Assembly (NCBI GenBank): GCA_030141605.1
Contig: JAQGDQ010002527.1
Location: 1 to 8,587, forward strand
Direction of reading: 5' to 3'
From: Tubiluchus corallicola
Lineage: Eukaryota; Animalia; Priapulida
DNA: 8,587 nucleotides
Shown here: piece by piece, positions 1 through 7,170 of the stretch
Numbering within the stretch: the first letter of the stretch is position 1
How the letters are laid out: each line of letters starts with the position of its first letter
Notes under the pieces: generated by a model
Databases searched by the model: none
Seen by the model: only the letters and a program-made list of their open reading frames with translations
What the model was told of the DNA's origin: nothing
Position numbers and translations under genes: made by a program

Positions 1-4
1 TAAA

Positions 5-18
5 AATAGTTCGTTAAA
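5..18 (+). repeat. Left terminal inverted repeat of the DDE IS
   Basis: AATAGTTCGTTAAA is the exact reverse complement of 1345-1358. Confidence 0.9.
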
Positions 19-123
19 CATTTACATAAATATCTGACAATCAATAAAATAAATGTTGAAAAAATTAGGATAATCCCCTGATAATCAGTATCTTAAAGTT
101 GTTTTTGACCGACAATTTTAGAC

Positions 124-1341
124 ATGATTATCAAGGAAATATCAAGATATAAAGATCAGGTAAAAATGATTTTAAACCAAATGGAAGGAATAAATAAGTG
201 GCAATTCGATTTTATGCTAGACATCTTCGGACTATTTCTTAGTATCAAAGGAAAGATGAACTTTCTTCAATTTGGTAGATATGGAAATCACTGTGAGCAA
301 CGTTATAGATATCAATTTGAAAAAGGGTTTGATTTTATGACTTTTAACAAAGAGTCGGTAATCCATTACGCAAGCAACCATCAAGCCATAGCCTTTGATC
401 CAAGCTATATAAGCAAGTCAGGAAAGCATACATCTGGGGCTGGTTACTTTTGGTCAGGATGTGCCGGCAAAACAAAATGGGGCTTAGAGATTGCAGGAAT
501 AGCAGCCGTTGATATTGATAATCATACAGCTTTTCATTTAGAAGCTATTCAAACCCCTAATAATCTTGAAGCAGAAAGTCTGGTTGATCATTACGCAAAT
601 GTTTTGATTCAACGCAAGGACAATCTGTTATGTGTATCAAAATACGTTTTGGCAGATGCCTATTTTTCAAAGAATAAGTTTGTAACCAAGCTTTGCGAAA
701 ATGGATTTGAAGTGATTAGTCGCCTGAGAGATGATGCTAACTTACAATACAAATTTTATGGTCAGCAAAAAGCTGGTAGAGGAAGACCTAGAAAATATGA
801 AGGAAAGATTGACTTTGATAATTTAAAATCAAAATATTTTGAATGCTTTGAGCAAAACGAAAAATGCAAAATATACGGAGCAACAGTTTATGCAAAATCA
901 TTAAAACGAGATGTTAATCTTGTTGTTGTTTTTACAAAAGGAACATCCCGAAAGTGGTCTCACAAGTTATACTTCTCTACTGATTTGCAAATGAAAGCCG
1001 AGACGATTCTTGAATATTATCAAGCCAGATTCCAGATTGAGTTCATTTACAGAGATGCAAAACAATATACCGGATTGAAAGACTGTCAGGCAAGAAGTGA
1101 AAATAAATTACATTTTCATTTTAATGCGTCTCTTACTGCAGTCAATTTGGCCAAGATTAACCACTGGTTAGCTATACCAAAAATCAATAGAAATGCTTTT
1201 TCTATGGCCGATATAAAAACAATGTATCACAATGAATTACTGCTAAATAGATTTTTTAGCGTGTTCGCGGTGAGACCAAACTTAACCAAAAATAAATCCA
1301 AAATCAGAGAATTAATAACTTACGGCACTATCGCTGCATGA
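124..1341 (+). CDS. DDE transposase, IS4 superfamily (IS701/ISH3-like), 405 aa
   Basis: Motifs AFDPSY (D1), VLADAYF (D2) and YQARFQIEFIYRDAKQ (Y-R-E-K signature with the catalytic E), plus a GRGRPRKY basic motif. Flanked by inverted repeats. Confidence 0.92.
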   Translation: MIIKEISRYKDQVKMILNQMEGINKWQFDFMLDIFGLFLSIKGKMNFLQFGRYGNHCEQRYRYQFEKGFDFMTFNKESVIHYASNHQAIAFDPSYISKSGKHTSGAGYFWSGCAGKTKWGLEIAGIAAVDIDNHTAFHLEAIQTPNNLEAESLVDHYANVLIQRKDNLLCVSKYVLADAYFSKNKFVTKLCENGFEVISRLRDDANLQYKFYGQQKAGRGRPRKYEGKIDFDNLKSKYFECFEQNEKCKIYGATVYAKSLKRDVNLVVVFTKGTSRKWSHKLYFSTDLQMKAETILEYYQARFQIEFIYRDAKQYTGLKDCQARSENKLHFHFNASLTAVNLAKINHWLAIPKINRNAFSMADIKTMYHNELLLNRFFSVFAVRPNLTKNKSKIRELITYGTIAA

Positions 1342-1344
1342 TTA

Positions 1345-1358
1345 TTTAACGAACTATT
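1345..1358 (-). repeat. Right terminal inverted repeat of the DDE IS
   Basis: TTTAACGAACTATT, starting 4 bp after the transposase stop codon. Confidence 0.9.
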
Positions 1359-1461
1359 GAATAAGATTATTAACAAATTAAACCGCACAACGCGTTAATA
1401 ATAATCTGTGGCTATAGAATTAGTTATGATGCTAGTTGTAGTTCATGAATCTAAGTTCAAT

Positions 1462-1491
1462 CAAAATAACTTCGATTCAACATCAAGTTAT
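1462..1491 (-). terminator. Possible weak intrinsic terminator hairpin
   Basis: Minus strand reads ATAACTT-GAT-GTTGA-ATC-G-AAGTTAT followed by TTTG. The stem is AT-rich and the U tract is short. Confidence 0.3.
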
Positions 1492-1607
1492 CCACCGACT
1501 CCACTCTCCTAAAGGATTCCAATCCCCTCCATTGCACAACTGAAACTTATTACAAATCGGATTTGAAACCCGCATTTCCTTATACTTTCTTTTATGTAAC
1601 TACTTTA

Positions 1608-2957
1608 TCAAGCTGCTTCCAGACTGGCAATCTTTTTCTTTAGTTGATTGATTTTCTTGTCTTTATACTTCTGCTGAAAGTCTGCCAAAGCCTGTGGATT
1701 AAATGCTTCTTTATTTGATACCATTTTATAATAGATGATTGCACGTTTCCGTGCCGTTGCGACAACTGCCTTTGGAGCACCAGCCCTTGCCCGTATCCTG
1801 CGATAGTGGTCTACCAAGGGACTTTTACTTTGCCATAAACTATTGGCCGCCATCCGGAATGCCTGGCCTGCGTGGTGTCGCTTTCTTTTGATACGGCTAC
1901 TTATTATTTTTCCTCCTGATATTTTTGTATTAGGTGCCAATCCCAACCAAGAGGTGAAATGATGCTCGGTTTTCCATTTGGACATATCTGCTCCTGCTTC
2001 AGAAACTATTGTCAATGCACTTATTTCGCTTATCCCAAAAACCTCCGTTACATCTACGTCTAATATTTCTTTGAGGTAGGCAGTAAGGTTGTATGGAATT
2101 TTGTGCTTTACATTTTGGACTTTCCGTTTTACATTTGGAATCTCCGGAATCACACCTTCATTTTTTGATGCAATTTGTTCTATTAATTGCTGTTCTATTT
2201 GTTTATCGCATTCACCAATCATGCTACGGTGTTCGCAGAATAATTTGTAGCACTGTTTAAGTTCAAACAAATGCTCCGTGGTCCAATAGCCTTCCAGCGA
2301 TTTAACAATATCTTCACGGCTTGCTTTTATCCGCCTATCCCTCATATCGGCAAGTACTTCCGGATTACGTTCCCCTGCCAATATTGCTTTTAAAATGCAC
2401 TGCCCTGTTTTTCCATCTATGTCACTAATGACCGTATGTATCTTGATGTTCATCAACTCTAATGCTTTCTGCATCCGGTTTAAATAGGTTGATGATGTAC
2501 GGACAAGGTTTCTCCTGTGGCGGACAAGGCTCCTTAATGTCCTGGTCATATTGTCTGGTTGGAAACTGGCGGTTAGCAAGCCGCAACTATGTAATTTTTG
2601 TATCCATTCTGCATCGCTTTCATCGTCTTTCCTGCCGGTTACATTTTTTACGTGCTTTGCATTTACAAGGCAAACCTCAAATCCATATTCCTGCAACAAC
2701 AGGAATAATGCAATCCAATATACACCGGTACTTTCCATTGCTATTGAAGTGATGCCATTTTCTTTAAAACATCTTGCAATTAAATGCAAATCCGTAGTAA
2801 AACAGCCAAAAGCACGTACTTCCAACTCTCTAGCACTAATTGGATAAGCGACCATCATTTCTGTATCAGACACATCGATACCTGCAACATTGGGATTGAT
2901 TACCTGCAATTGTGAAATTCTTTTCACTTGTTCTTTCTTTGTTTGAATTTTACCCAT
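1608..2957 (-). CDS. IS110-family transposase/recombinase (RuvC-like DEDD domain plus C-terminal Tnp domain), 449 aa
   Basis: VAGIDVS, IAMESTGVYW and GRKDDESDAEW supply the D-E-D-D residues. SWLGLAPNTKISGGK carries the conserved serine. The C-terminal KAVVATARK helix is also present. Confidence 0.96.
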   Translation of the reverse strand: MGKIQTKKEQVKRISQLQVINPNVAGIDVSDTEMMVAYPISARELEVRAFGCFTTDLHLIARCFKENGITSIAMESTGVYWIALFLLLQEYGFEVCLVNAKHVKNVTGRKDDESDAEWIQKLHSCGLLTASFQPDNMTRTLRSLVRHRRNLVRTSSTYLNRMQKALELMNIKIHTVISDIDGKTGQCILKAILAGERNPEVLADMRDRRIKASREDIVKSLEGYWTTEHLFELKQCYKLFCEHRSMIGECDKQIEQQLIEQIASKNEGVIPEIPNVKRKVQNVKHKIPYNLTAYLKEILDVDVTEVFGISEISALTIVSEAGADMSKWKTEHHFTSWLGLAPNTKISGGKIISSRIKRKRHHAGQAFRMAANSLWQSKSPLVDHYRRIRARAGAPKAVVATARKRAIIYYKMVSNKEAFNPQALADFQQKYKDKKINQLKKKIASLEAA

Positions 2958-2983
2958 GACTTTAGATTTAAGTGATTACTAAA

Positions 2984-3132
2984 ATTGCCCCGTGCCTGAT
3001 GGTCTTTGAGCGAGTAAATCTCTTATACGGCATCCAACTGCCAATAGGCACTCTTAAAACCATACAGAACCAGACTACCATGTGATGTCTATGCACCATA
3101 GGAAAAGGACGGTTTTACCTGCATGGGGCAAT
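2984..3132 (-). ncRNA. Candidate IS110 bridge/seek RNA
   Basis: An 11/12-bp closing stem (3121-3132 with 2984-2995) encloses two stem/internal-loop/hairpin domains. It lies in the long non-coding end upstream of the recombinase, where IS110-group guide RNAs are encoded. Confidence 0.65.
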
Positions 3133-3290
3133 ACTTAAAGTAATGAATCGCATGTTATTCTCCAAGGGGCTGGATGGAAGATGCTGGGGGACTACCAAAG
3201 TGTAAGCAAAAAATATGCAAATTTCATTAACATTAGAAGATAACAATCAATGTACAACCAATCAGCAAAAGAATTACTTTTGAAAATTAC

Positions 3291-3578
3291 TTAGAGCCAT
3301 ATGTTTTGAATCAGCAACCATACAATCACTAAGACCACCAAAACCAAGAACCACTTCGGAATAACAACACTCTCTTTCAATTTCCTTTCATGATTTATCA
3401 AAAGCATTTCAAGCCGCTCGGTATTCAAATCAAACTTTAGTTTGGAAGTTTTGAGTTTATGCAGTTGTTTTTTTATTTCCGGGGCAATTTCGTTAATGTT
3501 TTTACTGGTTTCCCGAAGCATGTCAATTTCGTGAATTAAAATCTCCAATAGCTTTTGTTGTGATAATTGTTTTCTCAT
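3291..3578 (-). CDS. Hypothetical protein, helical/coiled-coil with a C-terminal transmembrane helix, 95 aa; probable mobilization accessory protein
   Basis: Starts 3 bp after the relaxase stop. Hydrophobic tail WFLVLVVLVIVWLLI. Confidence 0.75.
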   Translation of the reverse strand: MRKQLSQQKLLEILIHEIDMLRETSKNINEIAPEIKKQLHKLKTSKLKFDLNTERLEMLLINHERKLKESVVIPKWFLVLVVLVIVWLLIQNIWL

Positions 3579-3581
3579 GGC

Positions 3582-4376
3582 TTAAATTCTGAATTTGTTT
3601 TTACGTGCATGTATTTGATTTCTCTGGGACTCCTTCCTGTACTGGTTCCTGTACCGAATATGGTACTCGATGTTTTGTTGAATTAGTTTTTGTAGCCTGG
3701 CTGCGCTAAACGAGCGGTCTACCGTACTGGCTTTTATGGATTCTTTTCCAATATGAAATTTTAGCCCCACGACTTTACCATCCGAAGCTTGCTTTAAGTG
3801 GCAGCGAATGCCAAGGTGCTGCATCATTTCAGCATATTCAAAAATATTGCGTGGATTCTGGGGCAGTATTCTGCTATGTGCTTCTTTTATCTGCTCTCGA
3901 AGGCGCATTTCTTTTTCTATTTGTATTTCTTTGGCAGTGGTAAAGCCTCTGGCTTTCGCCATACTTTCGGCAATGCGTTGCGCCTTCTTGCTAATGAAAT
4001 GGTCTTTGTAAGCTCTCCCATTGTAATCAATCCGGTTCACAAAAATGTGTAGGTGTCGGTGGTCTTCATCGCAATGCAAAAATGTAATCGACTGGTTTTC
4101 TTTCAGGTTCATCCTTGAAAGAAAATCATCCGATAATTTTTCAAAATCCTTATTTGTAAGTTGTTTTCCAACCGGAATAGACGGGCTAAGCACAAACGAA
4201 ATTGTATTTCGTTGGCAGCGTGCATTTAAATTCTGAAAAACCCGGAACTCTTTTGCAATTTCTTTTCCGTTTTCACCAATTACGTTGTTACGGCTAATTT
4301 CAACAGCACCCTGTTTCTCCTTGGCATAATCGATGGCATTGGAAGCATGAGATATGCTTTGTGCTTTTCCAATCAT
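3582..4376 (-). CDS. Relaxase/mobilization nuclease (MOBP-like), 264 aa
   Basis: N-terminal Tyr motif AIDYA, motif II SFVLSP, and His triad FLHCDEDHRHLHIFVNRI. Lies directly downstream of mobC. Confidence 0.92.
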   Translation of the reverse strand: MIGKAQSISHASNAIDYAKEKQGAVEISRNNVIGENGKEIAKEFRVFQNLNARCQRNTISFVLSPSIPVGKQLTNKDFEKLSDDFLSRMNLKENQSITFLHCDEDHRHLHIFVNRIDYNGRAYKDHFISKKAQRIAESMAKARGFTTAKEIQIEKEMRLREQIKEAHSRILPQNPRNIFEYAEMMQHLGIRCHLKQASDGKVVGLKFHIGKESIKASTVDRSFSAARLQKLIQQNIEYHIRYRNQYRKESQRNQIHARKNKFRI

Positions 4377-4663
4377 TGCTCAAATTTTCCGAGGTGGTTT
4401 AATCAGCTTAATCACTTCTTCCAGTTCATAAATATAAAAGTGTTTTATTAAATTACCGATGATTTAAAATTCCGGTGGTAGGCATGCAGGTTGTTGTAAA
4501 CATCTAATTCTTCCGGTGAAAATCGCAAAGTGACTTGCATGTTCAAGGCAGCACGGCGCGAAAATTCACTGGTGCTTACGCCGCATTCTTTTGCAGCCAG
4601 GGCAATAGCTTTCTTCTCGGAACGGCTTACCCTAAATGAAATATATTTTGTTCTGACATTCAT
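4373..4663 (-). pseudogene. mobC: Frameshifted MobC-like ribbon-helix-helix relaxosome accessory protein
   Basis: N-terminus RTKYISFRVSRSEKKAI...CGVSTSEFSR is RHH-like. The ORF stops at 4448. A shifted frame from ~4461 continues IGNLIKH...ELEEVIKLIK. A second shift at ~4397 gives HLGKFEQ*, whose TGA overlaps the relaxase ATG (ATGA). Confidence 0.75.
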
Positions 4664-4708
4664 ATTTAAAAAAATTTAGCATTAAACTTTAAATTGGATT
4701 TTTTCTTC

Positions 4709-4763
4709 TTTGCGAGCTTGGGAGCAAAGTGGGAGTGACATAAGTGCAACGTTGTCACCTCTC
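4709..4763. other. Candidate origin of transfer (oriT)
   Basis: GC-richer intergenic patch just upstream of mobC with inverted repeats TTTGC/GCAAA (4709-4713/4724-4728) and GTGACA/TGTCAC (4735-4740/4753-4758). The position is typical for oriT; no nic site was identified. Confidence 0.5.
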
Positions 4764-4783
4764 GAAATAGAAATAGCTAACCG

Positions 4784-5682
4784 CTACAGCCTATGTTGTC
4801 GTCGATTCGAAGTGGTTAGGTATTCGTTCAGGTCTTTTTTGAAACCATAAATTGCAGACATGTCAACACTGTTGTTAAAGTCTGCCAATAACTGTTTTGT
4901 TGCTTTTTTTCCTGCAAGGTCATTATCTAAATACAGTCCAATTTTAGTATATCTGGATGCAATATTTTTAATTCGGCTGATAAATGAAACAGAATTCAAA
5001 ACGATAAAATCCGACTTTTTGGGTAGGTCAGGATAAAGGGAAATCAGACTGAAAAAATCAGACTGAAAAAATCAAACATTCCTTCGGTAATTGCCAACCT
5101 GTTATTCGCTTTAGAAAAAAAGGAAAAATCTTTTGGAGCTGCAGCATTTTTATAATATGAGTTTCGAAGCTCCCAACCGCCGGAAACATTTTTCAACCCG
5201 ATAGCAAAATAGGTCGAGTTCTTAAAATTGTAATGAACCTGTTTTGCATATTTCGTTACTTGCTTCGGATTAACTTTTCTTTTCAATAAATAATTAAGTA
5301 GTGCAGGATGTTGAATTGGCAAAACCTTTTCAATCTTTATTTCATCTTCCGGTTTCAACCCGGCAAAAGTATTTTGCTGTTGAAAAGAGAAAGATGGAAC
5401 TGTATTTTCGAGAATAGCCAATGATTCCTGAACGGTACATTGGTGTTTCATTTCAATTACCAAGTCGATAATGTTTCCTCCTTTACCAAGACCATGGTCG
5501 TACCATCGGTTTAAAATCTTCGAAACCTTAAAAGATGGAGTACTTTCTTTACGAATCGGACTTAAATACCAGGCTTCTTTTTGGTTCTCCCGGAGAGGAG
5601 AAAATCCGTTCTTTTTTAGAAATTCAACGATTGATATTTCACGAGCTGTATCGCATTGTAGTTTTTCTTTTTTCATGAGCAA
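4784..5682 (-). pseudogene. Toprim-domain DNA primase with an N-terminal zinc-finger-like domain, frameshifted by a 14-bp tandem duplication
   Basis: ORF 5044-5682 contains YLSPIRKESTPSF..WYDHG and ITEGMFD; ORF 4784-4999 contains YLDNDLAG. Removing one AAATCAGACTGAAA copy fuses them without stops (EGMFDFFSLISLYPDLPKKSDFIVLNSVSF), giving 294 aa from the TTG at 5682 or 292 aa from the ATG at 5676. Confidence 0.9.
5041..5074. repeat. 14-bp tandem repeat, 2.4 copies
   Basis: AAATCAGACTGAAA at 5041-5054 and 5055-5068, then AAATCA at 5069-5074. Confidence 0.95.
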
Positions 5683-5707
5683 TTTATTTAAAAATTGAAA
5701 TTCTGCC

Positions 5708-5887
5708 TACCTACTTGCCTAAATCCATATATTCAAATGGTTATGGTACAGGTAGGAGCTTTTTTTATCCTACCTATCTTACCTTTTAGGTAACTTAGGT
5801 AGGTTTAAGGTAAGTTGATATTCATTCATCTTACCTAAACAGAACATAGTGTTTATAATACTTTTGGAACCTTTAGGTAACCAGGTA
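5708..5887. repeat. Cluster of ten AGGTA/TACCT pentamers with a central palindrome; candidate replication origin
   Basis: TACCT at 5708, 5771, 5780 and 5832; AGGTA at 5750, 5788, 5797, 5808, 5875 and 5883. A 14/16 inverted repeat pairs 5769-5784 with 5788-5803. Confidence 0.75.
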
Positions 5888-5926
5888 ACTTATTTTATGC
5901 TTTTTATGCAAAAAAGCTAAAGCATA

Positions 5927-7096
5927 TTAATCATTGCCAAAATGTGCTTTGGCAAGGTATCCCCACACTTGTCTTTTAGGATGCTTGATTCTTTGGAAGT
6001 TAAATCCAGACAAAGCTTTACCTATATTTATATGGTTTAGTCTCAGGTTTACAAAACCTAATGCAATTTCAACATCCGAAGCAGTTACAAAATCATCCAT
6101 GTCTTGAGACTTCTCATAGTACCTCGCAATTAATTCCTGTTCAGTTGAAAGCCTTGTGTACTTCTTGTTGCGTTCTTCGTTTTCAGTAACGTCTTTCAAG
6201 GATAATTCCGGGTTGAAATCTTTTGAACGGTAGGCATAGTGGCATGCTTGCTTCCAAACTTTATCAATATCAATAACATTTGAATATTCAAAATCGATTT
6301 TGTCTTTGAGCTCAAAGCAAAGCCAACGGACAGAGCCGGTTTCATCACTAAGAAACGAAGCCATGTTTGTGGAACCGATAAAAGAACAAATCCGGGGCAG
6401 GGTAGTGTTCTTTTTATCGTATGGCAACCTTTCGTTAATAAATGTTTTGGAGAAAAAAGCTTTGAGTGCATTTACATCCTTTTTGGAAAGCACCGCCAGC
6501 TCATCAAGATTAAGCAGGAAATTCCGGCACAATTGTATCCTTGCATCTTTGTCGTTGCTTATATCTTCAGCCATGTATTCCGATAAAGTCGGAGGACACA
6601 AAAATCGGCACCAGGTTGATTTGCCGGAACTTTGTCCTTTATGGCTTAATATAAATGCCTGCTTGTTGAAGTAACTTGGTTCAAGAGCACATTTTACCGC
6701 TCGAACCAACCATTTTCTGAAATGATAAAGAAATGCTTCGTCTTCATAAGTGGGAACATACGAGCAAAGATTTTTAATATGGTCTGTGCCATCCCAGTCA
6801 GGCAACGATTTAAAATAGTTTTGAATCGGGTTATGTTTTGCAATTAGTTCCGACTTTATGAAAATTTCCAGTTTCCCCGGAGAGATATCGATACCGGCTT
6901 TGGTTAACTCAATTATTAATGAATTGATATTTAAATAATGCCACAAGTTTTCATCATGTAACGAAATCTGAAAATCGTGCGATATTTCATTGTACCTGAT
7001 ATCGTATTTGTCAAACAAATAATCAGCAACATAATCGAAAATTGTTTTCTTTTTCGGATTAATAGCGACATATAAATTGCTTTCTTTTGCTTCCAT
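5927..7096 (-). CDS. VirE/VapE-like P-loop ATPase (putative helicase), 389 aa
   Basis: Walker A GQSSGKST, Walker B LLNLDEL, RLPY motif, SFIGSTN and DETGSVRW. C-terminal winged-helix-like segment (IGKALSGFNF...WGY). Confidence 0.9.
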   Translation of the reverse strand: MEAKESNLYVAINPKKKTIFDYVADYLFDKYDIRYNEISHDFQISLHDENLWHYLNINSLIIELTKAGIDISPGKLEIFIKSELIAKHNPIQNYFKSLPDWDGTDHIKNLCSYVPTYEDEAFLYHFRKWLVRAVKCALEPSYFNKQAFILSHKGQSSGKSTWCRFLCPPTLSEYMAEDISNDKDARIQLCRNFLLNLDELAVLSKKDVNALKAFFSKTFINERLPYDKKNTTLPRICSFIGSTNMASFLSDETGSVRWLCFELKDKIDFEYSNVIDIDKVWKQACHYAYRSKDFNPELSLKDVTENEERNKKYTRLSTEQELIARYYEKSQDMDDFVTASDVEIALGFVNLRLNHINIGKALSGFNFQRIKHPKRQVWGYLAKAHFGND

Positions 7097-7170
7097 TTTT
7101 CTAAATGTTATTGAATGATACCCTTGTTTGAAAAAAGGTTCTCGGATAAATAAAATTGTAGTAAATGGTT

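Larger units (their letters stand above)
4..1359 (+). mobile_element. Insertion sequence, IS4 superfamily (IS701/ISH3-like), ~1.36 kb
   Basis: A single DDE transposase ORF is bounded by a perfect 14-bp inverted repeat: AATAGTTCGTTAAA (5-18) and TTTAACGAACTATT (1345-1358). The next base outward mismatches (A4 vs G1359). Family assignment is from motifs only. Confidence 0.85.
1587..3161 (-). mobile_element. IS110-family insertion sequence with a long upstream (left) and very short downstream (right) non-coding end; ends inferred
   Basis: Carries an IS110 recombinase ORF and no terminal inverted repeats. The core AGAA (plus strand TTCT) occurs at both 1587-1590 and 3158-3161, and the flanks base-pair with each other when joined there. 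Exact ends are uncertain by several bp. Confidence 0.7.

Noticed and set aside
1579-1585. CTTATAC shared with 3022-3028 as an alternative right end of the IS110
   Set aside because: It would leave only a 1-bp core and break the CCUUG/UAAGG flank hairpin. A 7-bp AT-rich match may be chance.
2462-2847. Plus-strand ORFs 2462-2752 and 2551-2847
   Set aside because: Antisense shadows of the IS110 transposase with no recognisable motifs.
1512-3197. Alternative IS110 ends at a TCC core (~1514-1516 and ~3188-3191), suggested by GACTACCA occurring at both 3073-3080 and 3190-3197 and by a TCCTTT match
   Set aside because: Both putative guides would match the same strand, unlike known bridge/seek RNAs. 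The AGAA core better explains the flank pairing and the donor-loop match. Not fully excluded.
3798-4236. Plus-strand ORFs 3798-4052, 3808-4011 and 4045-4236
   Set aside because: Antisense to the relaxase, short, and without motifs.
5041-5887. Repeats as a CRISPR array
   Set aside because: Units are 5 or 14 bp without regular unique spacers, and there are no cas genes.
5471-6674. ORFs 5471-5698 (+), 6196-6471 (-) and 6300-6674 (+)
   Set aside because: They overlap the primase or ATPase genes in other frames or on the other strand, with no supporting evidence.
5927-7096. Virulence function implied by the VirE/VapE name
   Set aside because: The name is historical; motifs and gene context indicate a mobile-element ATPase/helicase.
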